A stretch of 42,852 nt of DNA from Promethearchaeota archaeon (GCA_048941265.1 JBHLNT010000019.1:1-42852), one strand, 5' to 3'. Positions 7,328-17,188 are shown, counted from the first letter of the stretch. Notes: generated by a model not told the origin, from the sequence alone. Numbers and translations: made by a program.

Positions 7328-7729
7328 GTGATAATCATGAATACTAAACGTAAGGCTGAACTAATGGATATGTTATGCTCATGTAATGGTGTATGCAGTT
7401 CTAGTAAACATTTTGAGGATTTACAATTTATAGGGCAAGAATTAAAGTTTGATGAAAATTACGTAAATATGGCTAACTTTGGAACTGCGATTTCGTCTAT
7501 AGAACGTCTAATCATTCTCAATTCGTTAAAAGAAAAAGATAGATGCGTTTGTGAACTCGAAGCGATCCTTGATAAGTCACAATCTACAATTTCTCATCAT
7601 CTTAGGAAGCTAGAGAGAGCAAATTTGATAATGAGTTGGAAAAAGGGTAGTTATACTTATTACGGATTAAAAAAGGAACAATTACAGTCATTTTTAGAAA
7701 TATTGAATAAGGTATTTAATTCTGTTTGA
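7328..7729 (+). CDS. arsR: ArsR/SmtB metal(loid)-sensing repressor
   Basis: RCVCEL...SQSTISHHLRKL wHTH (ELCVCDL-like As(III) site) plus N-terminal CSCNGVC; divergent from acr3. Likely start is ATG 7337. Confidence 0.9.
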   Translation: MIIMNTKRKAELMDMLCSCNGVCSSSKHFEDLQFIGQELKFDENYVNMANFGTAISSIERLIILNSLKEKDRCVCELEAILDKSQSTISHHLRKLERANLIMSWKKGSYTYYGLKKEQLQSFLEILNKVFNSV

Positions 7730-7963
7730 TGATTAAAAACGATTCATACATTCAATATCATTAAATGATTACCCTCTATACATTATAGATATAGGATAAC
7801 AGTCTGTAAACTATTGATTTATACATTATAATTATGATATATTTTGTCGGAAGTATATTTACCGTAAAATATATAAGTGATAATTGGGCAAGCAATCATT
7901 TTATATAGGCGTTTTTCCATTAAAATAATATCCAAGAAAGAAAAAATTTAAGTTAAATTATAA

Positions 7964-9229
7964 ATGACCGAATTGGAAAACAATAAGGAATTCTTAAGAT
8001 TTTTTCGAAGGTTTTTACCTTCAGAGATTCACATTGATAAGAATAATATCTTTTATCGAGATAAATATAATGAAATAATTAATTATATAAAACTTGTAGT
8101 TTCCAATTCTCAAGATTTAGAATTATTTAATTATTTAGAGCCAAAAGGTGGGCTTCTGGTAAATTTAAATCCTGGAACAGATATAATTGACTTTTTTAAA
8201 TTAATTTCGAGTAATTATTATTTAGAGTATTTTGAAATAGATTATACCGAAGTATTAAAAGCCCCAGAGGAGTTTTTTAATAATTTTAATGTTGTAGTAG
8301 ATTATTTTAGTACGGCAAGAAATGAGAAATCAGCGCATCCTGCTAAAAAAAAGCAAGATAATGAATCTAAAACGGATGAAAAAATTAGTAAGAAATTGAT
8401 TTTAATAAATCAGAAACCTAAGTTGAAAGAAATTCTCCAAAATAAAAGCCTTCTGGATAATTTTTTAAATTTATTTAATACTCAAAATAGAAAATTTGAT
8501 TTTATCCATAATGATACTATTCTTGTCTGGTTGAATTACAATTATGAAGAATTAGTCGAAAATTCAGAAAAAATATTTAATATATTTGATCTTTTTATTA
8601 AAGTTCCATTCTTAAATAGTGTGGAACGTAAGACATATCTCAAAGATTTTGCAGAAAAGAATTCCAGAATTGTTTTTGACATTAACGCGCTTGTAAATTA
8701 TACAGAAAATTGGGAAATAAATGATATAAAGCAAATATTAAAAATGGGTATTTTTAAGCATTTTTTAAATGCAGATCTTAACGATATTAGTAATGAAATT
8801 ACGGATACTTTAATTAATATCATAGAATCTGGTGAATATGTATTATCAACGGCGTTTATTAGCCCTGAAGTTAAAAATTCGATTGGTATCAAACAAGAGA
8901 CACAATTTAATATGAAGCGAGACGTGGCGGTTCTCGAGAATCAAAAAGATTCTATTGAAAAGAAAGATCAATATATAAATCAAATTAGAGATGAATCTAT
9001 TTCAGAATTCATGACAAATCAATTATATGAAAATGCCGCATCAAAAAATTATAGTGAATTGTTAATAGTTATTGACAAATTAAATAAAAGAGAAGCTCTT
9101 GAAGATAATGAGCGAAAATTATTGGCTAAATATCCCTTTATTCTTAATGATTCCCCAAATATGGCACAAATTAATTTGGAAAAAGCTAAAAAGCGCGTAG
9201 ATCTTATAAAGCGAGCTTTTGGTAAATAA
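7964..9229 (+). CDS. Degenerate AAA+-like protein
   Basis: PKGGLLVNLNPGTD (decayed Walker A region) and FDLFIKVPFLNSVERKTYL...LVNYTENWEINDIKQI resembling an AAA lid; no intact GKT or DE motif. Confidence 0.5.
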   Translation: MTELENNKEFLRFFRRFLPSEIHIDKNNIFYRDKYNEIINYIKLVVSNSQDLELFNYLEPKGGLLVNLNPGTDIIDFFKLISSNYYLEYFEIDYTEVLKAPEEFFNNFNVVVDYFSTARNEKSAHPAKKKQDNESKTDEKISKKLILINQKPKLKEILQNKSLLDNFLNLFNTQNRKFDFIHNDTILVWLNYNYEELVENSEKIFNIFDLFIKVPFLNSVERKTYLKDFAEKNSRIVFDINALVNYTENWEINDIKQILKMGIFKHFLNADLNDISNEITDTLINIIESGEYVLSTAFISPEVKNSIGIKQETQFNMKRDVAVLENQKDSIEKKDQYINQIRDESISEFMTNQLYENAASKNYSELLIVIDKLNKREALEDNERKLLAKYPFILNDSPNMAQINLEKAKKRVDLIKRAFGK

Positions 9230-9248
9230 CTAATCTAAGGTTTTAATT

Positions 9249-12200
9249 ATGGCAACTCAATCCCTGAAAAATGATGTTTTTATTAGAAAAGTAATTTTAG
9301 AGAATTTTCTAAGTTTTAAAAGGGATGAGGTTGATTTAGATAATAAAAAATTTATACTTGTGATTGGCCCTAACTGGTCTGGCAAAACATCTATTTTTCA
9401 AGCAATTAAATTTGCATTGGGTAGCAATGAGAGAGATGAACGTTATAAAAAATGGTCTGACTTTATAAGGCATGGACAAAACCACGCTATGGTTGAGCTT
9501 AATATCCAAAAAGGTCAAGATTTAATAAAAATTAGAAGAATTGTCATAAGAGGTCAATCACCTCACTTCTTAATTAAGAAAAAAGATGATAAAGATTTTA
9601 GAAAAGCCCAAGCATTAGAGATTCAAAAGATAATTAATGATTTGAGTTATAATCCAGATAATCACTTCGCTTTCGTTAGTCAAGGTAAAATCGATGCTAT
9701 TAAAAATCTAAAACCCTCAGAATTATGCAATTTTCTTGAAGAGGGGATTGGATTAAAAAACTTAAGAGAAGAAATATTACAGCAGAAACATAGTGTATTG
9801 AATTTGAATAATGAATTGAAATCCTTAAAGAGTAAAAAAAATGTACTAAATATTAGTTTAGATCTCTTACAACCTAAGCTTGAAAGATTAGAACAAAAGC
9901 ATAAATTATTAGATGTGAAAAGGAAATATGAAGACGAGCTACTTTGGGCAAACCGACATAAGTTAAAGGAAGAGATTAAGTATCTCCAAAGAGATTATTC
10001 TAAAGTTAAAGTCGAAATAGATGAGATAAAAGTTAAAAAGGAGAAAATAGATAAGGAAGTTCAACGGCTAGAAACGCAGCTTTTTAAATCAGATCAAATT
10101 ATAAATTATCTTAATAGTAAATTAGGACAAAATCAACAAAAAAGAAAAGATTTAATTGCTGAAGTTAAAAAATGGCAAATAGACGAAATTAAGATTACTC
10201 AAGATTTAAAAAAGATATCTGAGCATATTAAGAGGGAAAAGAAAGAACTTAAAAATTATAAAAATCAAAAAAAGAGCTTAACTCAAGAAACTAAATTAAT
10301 TAAAGAAAAAGTAAATAATATTGAACTACATCTTGATGATTTGATTAAAGAACAAGATGATTTACAAAAAAAAATAAACCGAGATAAAGAATTTGTTGAA
10401 CAATTCAACCAAATAACTTCTGAAAAGGAGTCTAGACAAAAAGAAATTCAAGCAAATAAAAGTGAAATTAAAACAATAAATGATGAGATTAATCAAATTT
10501 TTCAAAGTCTTAAGGATATCGATCATAAATTAGAGCAAAATAAATGGTTTTTAGAAGATCGAACACAAAATCTATTAAAAAAGCTTGACAATGAGCATAG
10601 GAAAGTTAATTCAAACCAATATACAATTCAATTTAAAAAAGAACAATTAGAACAAGAACGATATAAGAAATTAAATAAATTCAATCATCTCCAAGAATCA
10701 CTTCGGAAAAGAAAAATCATTTATCCTTTTAAGTCAAACATAGAACTTCTAAAAGTAGAAATAAAAAAGCGAGATTTAAGAGTAAAGGGTCCAATAGTTG
10801 AATATCTTAAATATGATGATTCACTGAGCTATGCTATTGAATCCGTGTTAGGCGAACGATTACTATTTAGTTTTATTGCTGATGATTGGGAAACAATGAC
10901 CCTAATGCAAAGGTTAAGAGAAAGTACTAGAGCAATTTGCAATATCTATGTTCCTAGAAATATTAATGTGTCGAAATATCCACCAATTACAGCCAAGGGT
11001 ATTATTGGATATTTAATAGAATTAATTGATATTGTTGGAAATGATCAAGACATTAAAAAAGTACTATATTCTAAAGTGAGGAATTGTATGGTGGTTGAAG
11101 ATTATCGTAGCGGGGTAGAACTTTATAGAAATTTTAATTTTAAAGGTAAATGTGTGACGTTAAAAGGGAAGCAAATTACCTCATATAAATACGTATATGA
11201 AACCCCATATATAAAAACATTAAAAGGGTTATTAAGTGCAGGCACTCAGAGAGAACAAGCAAACAAATTAGAATCTGAAATAGAATCTTTAAATGAACAG
11301 ATTTTAGAATGCGATGTAAGGTTATCTAAATTAGATAAAGAACTGTTAGAGATATTAAGAAAGAAGGAAGCATATCACGATTTATCTTATATTTTTAGTC
11401 AAAAGCAGCGTCTAACATCAAAAAAGAATAAGCTTTATGAAGATCGGACTGTTTTAGAAAATAGAAATTCAGAATTTTTAAAGAATATGAAAGATTTGGA
11501 TCTTAAAATTAAAGAAATTCAATCTAAAACAAGTCCTGAATTTTTTAAATGGAATGATCGAATCAAAGAAATTCCTACGGAGCTTAAAGTGTATAATAAT
11601 GAAAAAAAGAAATGGAATCTAAAACTTAAAGAAAATGATCAGACTTTAAATGAGGTTGAAACCAAGATTAATACACAGAATCATACTATTTCTCTGCTTG
11701 ATCAGGAATTTAAGACAAAAGATGAGGATTTAAAAAAAAGACACAAAGAAGCATATTCTATTTACAATAAATTAGGAAAGTTAGAAGATAAGATCACTGA
11801 AATAGAAAAAAAAATATCGGATTTAACTGAAGAGAAGCTCAATATTCATGAAAAGAAAAGGACATTTGACATTAATAATATTCAAATAAACGTCCAACTT
11901 GAGCAAGAAAACATTCATTTAAATTATATAGGTCAAAAGTTAGAAGCGAAAAAGGAAGATTTAGAAAGAATTAATTCACAAATTGGGCCTTTAGTTTCAG
12001 AGAATAAAATTAAACTACGGTCAATAGAAGAAATAGAGATGGACATATTAAAAGTCGACAAAGACCTAATAAAGTTTTTAGATGTCGATGATGCTCTGCT
12101 AGTCGAGCGTGATCAAATACTAACCGGTTTAAAGGAAATAGCAAATAATCAAAAAGACCTGGAAAAGGATATTGGTGCTGCGATTAAAACCGAAAGTAAA

Positions 12201-12689
12201 ATGGAAGACACATATTACACTAAATTTGAACACGTACTTAACGATTTGAAATTGAAAATAAATCGGAAATTCAAATCTTCTGAAATTAAAGCCTATTGTT
12301 CACTTGAGTTGATGGGTGACTTTGAGAATTTAGGAGTAGAAATAAAAGCAGCGCTTTCAAAAAACCAATTACGATCATTTACAGCTTTGAGTGGAGGTCA
12401 AGTGTCTATGATCTCAATTTGTTTAATACTCTCTCTCCAAGAATTAAAGCCTTCTCCACTTTGTATGTTAGATGAAGCAGCAATGTTCCTCGATGATAAA
12501 AATTCGGAAGTGGCCTATCAAATGATCAAATCTACTCTCAAACAAAATCCAGATATCCAGATGATAATTTTCTTACCTAAATCGTCAAATGCTTTATATC
12601 TCCTTGCAGAAAAACTAATTGGTGTTGCAAGGACAGGTAAAGACGAAGTTTCTACAATATTTAAACCAAAAGTAATTCGAAAAGATTAA
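9249..12689 (+). CDS. smc: SMC-family ATPase, Smc5/6-like
   Basis: Walker A GPNWSGKT, Q-loop NPDNHFAFVSQ, two long coiled coils around a hinge (VKGPIVEYL), signature LSGGQ, Walker B SPLCMLDEAAMFLD. Confidence 0.9.
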   Translation: MATQSLKNDVFIRKVILENFLSFKRDEVDLDNKKFILVIGPNWSGKTSIFQAIKFALGSNERDERYKKWSDFIRHGQNHAMVELNIQKGQDLIKIRRIVIRGQSPHFLIKKKDDKDFRKAQALEIQKIINDLSYNPDNHFAFVSQGKIDAIKNLKPSELCNFLEEGIGLKNLREEILQQKHSVLNLNNELKSLKSKKNVLNISLDLLQPKLERLEQKHKLLDVKRKYEDELLWANRHKLKEEIKYLQRDYSKVKVEIDEIKVKKEKIDKEVQRLETQLFKSDQIINYLNSKLGQNQQKRKDLIAEVKKWQIDEIKITQDLKKISEHIKREKKELKNYKNQKKSLTQETKLIKEKVNNIELHLDDLIKEQDDLQKKINRDKEFVEQFNQITSEKESRQKEIQANKSEIKTINDEINQIFQSLKDIDHKLEQNKWFLEDRTQNLLKKLDNEHRKVNSNQYTIQFKKEQLEQERYKKLNKFNHLQESLRKRKIIYPFKSNIELLKVEIKKRDLRVKGPIVEYLKYDDSLSYAIESVLGERLLFSFIADDWETMTLMQRLRESTRAICNIYVPRNINVSKYPPITAKGIIGYLIELIDIVGNDQDIKKVLYSKVRNCMVVEDYRSGVELYRNFNFKGKCVTLKGKQITSYKYVYETPYIKTLKGLLSAGTQREQANKLESEIESLNEQILECDVRLSKLDKELLEILRKKEAYHDLSYIFSQKQRLTSKKNKLYEDRTVLENRNSEFLKNMKDLDLKIKEIQSKTSPEFFKWNDRIKEIPTELKVYNNEKKKWNLKLKENDQTLNEVETKINTQNHTISLLDQEFKTKDEDLKKRHKEAYSIYNKLGKLEDKITEIEKKISDLTEEKLNIHEKKRTFDINNIQINVQLEQENIHLNYIGQKLEAKKEDLERINSQIGPLVSENKIKLRSIEEIEMDILKVDKDLIKFLDVDDALLVERDQILTGLKEIANNQKDLEKDIGAAIKTESKMEDTYYTKFEHVLNDLKLKINRKFKSSEIKAYCSLELMGDFENLGVEIKAALSKNQLRSFTALSGGQVSMISICLILSLQELKPSPLCMLDEAAMFLDDKNSEVAYQMIKSTLKQNPDIQMIIFLPKSSNALYLLAEKLIGVARTGKDEVSTIFKPKVIRKD

Positions 12690-12692
12690 AAT

Positions 12693-13340
12693 ATGATGGT
12701 TAAGGATATTACTGAAGAATTAAATGAAAGAATAAATGCTCTCCAAAAAAAAATTCTTTCAGGAGAAGTTAAATTACTTGATCTAGAATTAGTCCCTTTT
12801 TTTGATGAATTGAAAGATTCTTTAACAGTCCAAAATCTCGAAAAAAGTTCAGTTACCTACAAGAATGCATGTCTCCTGCTTAATCAAAAATTTGATGAAT
12901 TAAGATTGATGTTAAACTCTTTAGAATCTGAAAAACAATTTGTAAATTTTCTAAATTCAAAACCTTCTGATTTAGAAATATATAACCTATTGAGTGAATG
13001 CTGGAGAAATATTTTTATGATCGATGTAATTTCGTTAGATTTCTTAGAATTAAGCCAAAAACGATTAGATATTGATAGAAGAGGGCTAATAACAATTGAA
13101 CATTTGCAAAAAGCAAAAGTAAAAGATAAATTTCTATTAGAAATACCAAAGCATAAATTTACCGAAAAAATGATGCAATTTTATGAATCCATTTTAGAAA
13201 AACTGCCATGTACACTTGAAGCTATATTCGAGGAATATACCGAACAAGAAGTTATTTATGAAAATTTCGTGTACCTTTTACACTTACTTCAATTAAATAA
13301 ACTCAAATATCTAAAAGAGACCAATGTAATTTATTTATAA
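12693..13340 (+). CDS. Kleisin-like (ScpA/Nse4-like) subunit
   Basis: Immediately after smc; helical N-domain and C-terminal wH motif FVYLLHLLQLNKL...IYL as in ScpA (FLALLEL). Confidence 0.6.
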   Translation: MMVKDITEELNERINALQKKILSGEVKLLDLELVPFFDELKDSLTVQNLEKSSVTYKNACLLLNQKFDELRLMLNSLESEKQFVNFLNSKPSDLEIYNLLSECWRNIFMIDVISLDFLELSQKRLDIDRRGLITIEHLQKAKVKDKFLLEIPKHKFTEKMMQFYESILEKLPCTLEAIFEEYTEQEVIYENFVYLLHLLQLNKLKYLKETNVIYL

Positions 13341-13361
13341 TTGTGAGGAAATGATAAAAAA

Positions 13362-13880
13362 ATGAATGAGATATCAATTTTAATGCATATGTTAAGTAAT
13401 AAAAATAATTTATACCAAATAGGTGCTACCAAGAAGGAGATTTTACATTCTCTTAATGTTAAATATAAAAATAAAAGCGGGTATTTCCAAAATTTAATAA
13501 CTAACTTATCTAAATATATTGAACCACTGGGACTTCAAATAAGATACAACCCCATCAATTCTCATTGGTTTATATCTTACGATTCAGACATTTCTGATCT
13601 TATTTCGGCTAATCCATTTGATAATAAACCAAGATTAGCCGCAACACTATTCTGCACTTTAGTACTTTGTCTTAAAAACCCTGATGGAATATCATCAATG
13701 GCTGAAATTGAAAAAATTAGAAAAAAAAAGAACATTCTTGATGATTTGAACGATTTAGAACAAAAGGGTTATTTAGAAATTGATAAGGTCTTGAATAACG
13801 TAAAACTTACTCCTCTAATAGGATATCAATTAGATCTTGAAAAACTCTTTGTAAAATTAGCTTTAAAATTTAAAGTATGA
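13362..13880 (+). CDS. KITE-like tandem winged-helix subunit (ScpB/Nse1/Nse3-like)
   Basis: 172 aa with two predicted wH units (LSKYIEPLGLQIRY; LNDLEQKGYLEI...VKLTP); position in the smc operon. Confidence 0.55.
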   Translation: MNEISILMHMLSNKNNLYQIGATKKEILHSLNVKYKNKSGYFQNLITNLSKYIEPLGLQIRYNPINSHWFISYDSDISDLISANPFDNKPRLAATLFCTLVLCLKNPDGISSMAEIEKIRKKKNILDDLNDLEQKGYLEIDKVLNNVKLTPLIGYQLDLEKLFVKLALKFKV

Positions 13881-13960
13881 AAACTGTTAAAATTGTTTTT
13901 ATTTTTAATCTTATTTCATCTGGTTCCTTTATTTATTTTCCATAATAGAATGGTATTAAT

Positions 13961-15157
13961 TCAATTCATTTTTAGAATCTTCATAAAATTTTCCACTCCT
14001 TTATGGGGATTATAGCTTAAGTATGGGCTTGCAGTAATCGGGATTGAACTAATTGGATCCAAATATCTACCAGTAAAATTAATGATTATTGTTTTTGATT
14101 CAATAATACTTTTCGATTTGAGTGCTCCGATTATGGCGATAAATCCACTTTTTTCAAGTTCAAATAATTTGGTGCCAATTTCTATAGTTGGATACACTCC
14201 GATTTTAACGAGTATTTTAAGAATTTTTTCTTTGTAATGAAATAATTCTTCTTTCGTAATTTGGGCAGGATATATACGACCACCTGCTTTTCTCCATTTT
14301 ATGAAATTTTCTATAGCAAAAACGGGGCAAGTACTGCCTAAAGTTGTCTCTATGGTAGGAGTTTTGTAAAGCCGTTTTTCAAAAATTGATAAGGGATTAT
14401 TTCCTTTAGAATATTCATTTAATGCGTCGGCTATCGGTGTAGAATTTCCAACCGATGGTTGGACTATTAAAATTTCTGGATTTAACCTTAATTGAGTTGC
14501 ATATTCTATTAATCCTGCTGGCCCTATACCCCCGGAAACAGTCTGAACATAACATATATCATTTTCAAACATATTCATACGATTCAAAGCAAGGCCAATT
14601 TGACTGTAAGCCGCTGTTTTAAGATACACATCAGATATGGCAACAACATAATTTTCAAGCATTTTTTCCTTAAGTTTAGAAGCAAAACCTCTTATGCTTT
14701 CTAAGGTTGAATTTTTTAAGACAACAAATTTAACATAAGGATTCCCATCAATTGCACTTCTGGCAACTTTATAAGAGGAGATCTCGGGAACGATTAGAAT
14801 AGCATTTATATTTTTAGCCATTAATTGATTATATTGGTAAATTGCTCTAGCCATGCTCTCAACAGTGTTACCTGAAGATGTTGAAATTATGAAATCAATC
14901 TTTTTTTTATCATATATATGAAAAAAATAATTACTATCAGTATCCTTAAATGTTGGTGTGCTCCAGAAAATCCCATAGACTCTTTTTTTCGAGAAAAATT
15001 CTGAAATATCTTTAAGATGAATAGGAATTACAGGAAAATAATTAGATACAACTCGCTTGCCTGTTAATTTTAAATAAATCACATCACTAAATTTCCACTC
15101 ATACCCCCCTATAAAACTTTTAAGGTCTATATTTGACATTTTCATCCCTCCTAACAA
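13961..15157 (-). CDS. PLP-dependent fold-type II enzyme, threonine-synthase/cysteate-synthase-like
   Basis: PTFKD (PLP lysine), STSSGNT, YVQTVSGGIGP and NFTG motifs; clustered with comDE. Likely start is ATG 15145 or 15139. Confidence 0.7.
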   Translation of the reverse strand: MLGGMKMSNIDLKSFIGGYEWKFSDVIYLKLTGKRVVSNYFPVIPIHLKDISEFFSKKRVYGIFWSTPTFKDTDSNYFFHIYDKKKIDFIISTSSGNTVESMARAIYQYNQLMAKNINAILIVPEISSYKVARSAIDGNPYVKFVVLKNSTLESIRGFASKLKEKMLENYVVAISDVYLKTAAYSQIGLALNRMNMFENDICYVQTVSGGIGPAGLIEYATQLRLNPEILIVQPSVGNSTPIADALNEYSKGNNPLSIFEKRLYKTPTIETTLGSTCPVFAIENFIKWRKAGGRIYPAQITKEELFHYKEKILKILVKIGVYPTIEIGTKLFELEKSGFIAIIGALKSKSIIESKTIIINFTGRYLDPISSIPITASPYLSYNPHKGVENFMKILKMN

Positions 15158-15163
15158 ACTGTA

Positions 15164-15343
15164 TTATTCATAATTGCACCATAACGGCTCTTTTGGAGGA
15201 GGAATCTCTCTACAACTACTCTTAACAAGGCACTTTTGACAAGCTAAATGTTTTTCACAAAAATTGCCATAACAATATGGTCTGCCATTCATTGGAGTAA
15301 ACTTATCCTTTGATTTAGTACAAACTTCTTTAATCTTCCTCAT
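15164..15343 (-). CDS. Small Cys-rich protein (59 aa), possible Fe-S/Zn binder
   Basis: Below the ORF cutoff: MRKIKEVCTKSKDKFTPMNGRPYCYGNFCEKHLACQKCLVKSSCREIPPPKEPLWCNYE*, 7 Cys; abuts the PLP enzyme gene. Confidence 0.6.
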   Translation of the reverse strand: MRKIKEVCTKSKDKFTPMNGRPYCYGNFCEKHLACQKCLVKSSCREIPPPKEPLWCNYE

Positions 15344-15377
15344 CCCAATTTAGGTTTTTTATTTATAATAAATATAG

Positions 15378-15452
15378 ATGTTCACAAATATTCTATAAAT
15401 GTACAATATTTAAATATTATCATGAACTATTGTTCAATAATTATGTTCACAA
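15378..15452. promoter_or_regulatory. Candidate operator array (TGTTCA repeats and TGAAC-TATT-GTTCA palindrome)
   Basis: ATGTTCACAAA at about 15378 and 15443; palindrome at 15423-15436; between divergent genes. Confidence 0.4.
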
Positions 15453-15468
15453 AAACTAAAAATCTTAT

Positions 15469-16062
15469 ATGGGTTCTATGAGTGAAAAAGTACATATCCA
15501 TACAACACTTTCAGAACATACAAAGGATCTAATAGATAAATATAAAGATCTAACTGATAAAGATGGAAAAGATGTATTCCAAAAAAAAAAATCTGTCGTC
15601 ATCGAAAGAGCTATTGAATTACTTGATAATTATTATAATCCTAAAAAGAATGATAAAAGAACAATTTGGTGTAGAGCTCGTGAAGAATTAAACATGGTTC
15701 TGGTTGGAAAAACGACATTCCTTTCATATATAACAGGAAAGATAAAAAAAGCCTATACGAATAACATCGCTATTGAAGTTATTGAATGGTACTTAGGAAA
15801 GAGAATTGAAGAAGTAAATTTAGAGGAATTTTTAAATGGATTAAAAGGCATGTGGGAAATTGCTAATTATTTTTATAAAATAGAGTTAGAAAAAAACAAA
15901 AAGGGCACATTTCAGATGAGATTTAATCATGATTTAACTAGAAATTATAGTCATTTTTGGGCAGGATATTTTGAGACTTTATTAACGGAATATTGGAATT
16001 GTTCGGTTGAATCCTTTATCAGAAATGAATCATTTTATTTGATAATCAGAGAACAAGATTAG
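15469..16062 (+). CDS. Putative transcriptional regulator (RHH-like N-terminus plus ligand-binding-like domain)
   Basis: KVHIHTTLSEHTKDLIDKY...KSVVIERAIELL fits the ribbon-helix-helix pattern. Confidence 0.5.
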   Translation: MGSMSEKVHIHTTLSEHTKDLIDKYKDLTDKDGKDVFQKKKSVVIERAIELLDNYYNPKKNDKRTIWCRAREELNMVLVGKTTFLSYITGKIKKAYTNNIAIEVIEWYLGKRIEEVNLEEFLNGLKGMWEIANYFYKIELEKNKKGTFQMRFNHDLTRNYSHFWAGYFETLLTEYWNCSVESFIRNESFYLIIREQD

Positions 16063-16069
16063 ATCAAAA

Positions 16070-16567
16070 ATGGGAAGTATTGATGTTAGATTGTATGAAA
16101 CTATAAAAGTTTCGGGAATAAACATAATTATGTCAGTCCCTTGCATTATGCTTAAGGGATTGCTAAAAGTTATTGATCAAAGAAATGAGATTGAGCATAT
16201 ACCTGTAACTCGTGAAGAAGAAGGAATAGGAATAGCTGCAGGAGCTTATTTAGGAGGGAGATTTCCTGCTATATTAATACAAAATTCTGGTTTAGGAAAT
16301 TCCATAAATGCAATAAAATCATTACTTGAATTATACAAAATTCCTGTTGTTTTAATAATGAGTCATAGAGGTACGGAAGAAGATAATATAATCGCTCAGT
16401 ATCCTATGGGACAAATTACATTGAAATTATTAAAATGTATTGATATTAAATATTATGTGATTGAGACTTCAGAAAAAATTAATCAAATTGAAAAACTAGT
16501 TAAAAAAAGCCAAATCTCAAAAAAATCTATAGCTCTCATATTAACACGATCGCTTTGGGGGAGATAA
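16070..16567 (+). CDS. comD: Sulfopyruvate decarboxylase alpha subunit
   Basis: SVPC, TREEEGIGIAAGAYLGG, IQNSGLGNSINA and SHRG motifs. Confidence 0.9.
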   Translation: MGSIDVRLYETIKVSGINIIMSVPCIMLKGLLKVIDQRNEIEHIPVTREEEGIGIAAGAYLGGRFPAILIQNSGLGNSINAIKSLLELYKIPVVLIMSHRGTEEDNIIAQYPMGQITLKLLKCIDIKYYVIETSEKINQIEKLVKKSQISKKSIALILTRSLWGR

Positions 16568-16568
16568 A

Positions 16569-17126
16569 ATGAAAAGATATGAAGCTCTTCAAGAAATTGT
16601 AAAGATTTTGAATAATCAACTAGTTGTATGTAATTTGGGGATTCCTTCTAAAGAACTATATAATTTAAAAGATAGGGAAGAAAATTTTTATATGTTAGGT
16701 TCAATGGGGTTGGCGTCATCGATAGCTCTTGGAATAGCAATAGCTAAACCAGAAAAGATTATATGGTGCATTGATGGAGACGGTTCTCTCTTGATGAATC
16801 TCGGTAGTTTGAGTACTATAGCCAATGTTGTTCCAAATAACTTAACATTAATCGTAATTGATAACGGTACCTATGGATCTACAGGAGATCAAAAAACAAA
16901 TACCAGCAAAAAAACCAGATTAGAAGTAATCGCTAAAGGGGCTGGATTTGAAATGATTAACGTTATAAGTAAAAAAGAAGAAATAGGTTCTAATCTAAAA
17001 AATTTAGGTAAAGGTTGCCACTTTATTCTTATAAAGGTTAAACCGGGAAATGCTGAAGTGAAAAAAATCCCACTAAATCCAGTGAAAATAAAGAAGAGAT
17101 TTATGAGATCAATTCTAAATAGTTAA
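16569..17126 (+). CDS. comE: Sulfopyruvate decarboxylase beta subunit
   Basis: NLGIPSKEL, NFYMLGSMGLASSIALG, TPP motif DGDGSLLMN...DNGTYGSTGDQ. Confidence 0.9.
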   Translation: MKRYEALQEIVKILNNQLVVCNLGIPSKELYNLKDREENFYMLGSMGLASSIALGIAIAKPEKIIWCIDGDGSLLMNLGSLSTIANVVPNNLTLIVIDNGTYGSTGDQKTNTSKKTRLEVIAKGAGFEMINVISKKEEIGSNLKNLGKGCHFILIKVKPGNAEVKKIPLNPVKIKKRFMRSILNS

Positions 17127-17188
17127 TATTATTTTCTTTAATACTATAAAAATAAAGTTTTTTAAAAAAGCTTGAAAGTTCCATTAAA

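Noticed and set aside
7727-7830. arsR also ends in TGA-TGA (possible C-terminal UU)
   Set aside because: No SECIS consensus follows (only an unrelated TCTATA/TATAGA hairpin) and the read-through looks non-coding. Treated as a double stop, though worth checking in orthologues.
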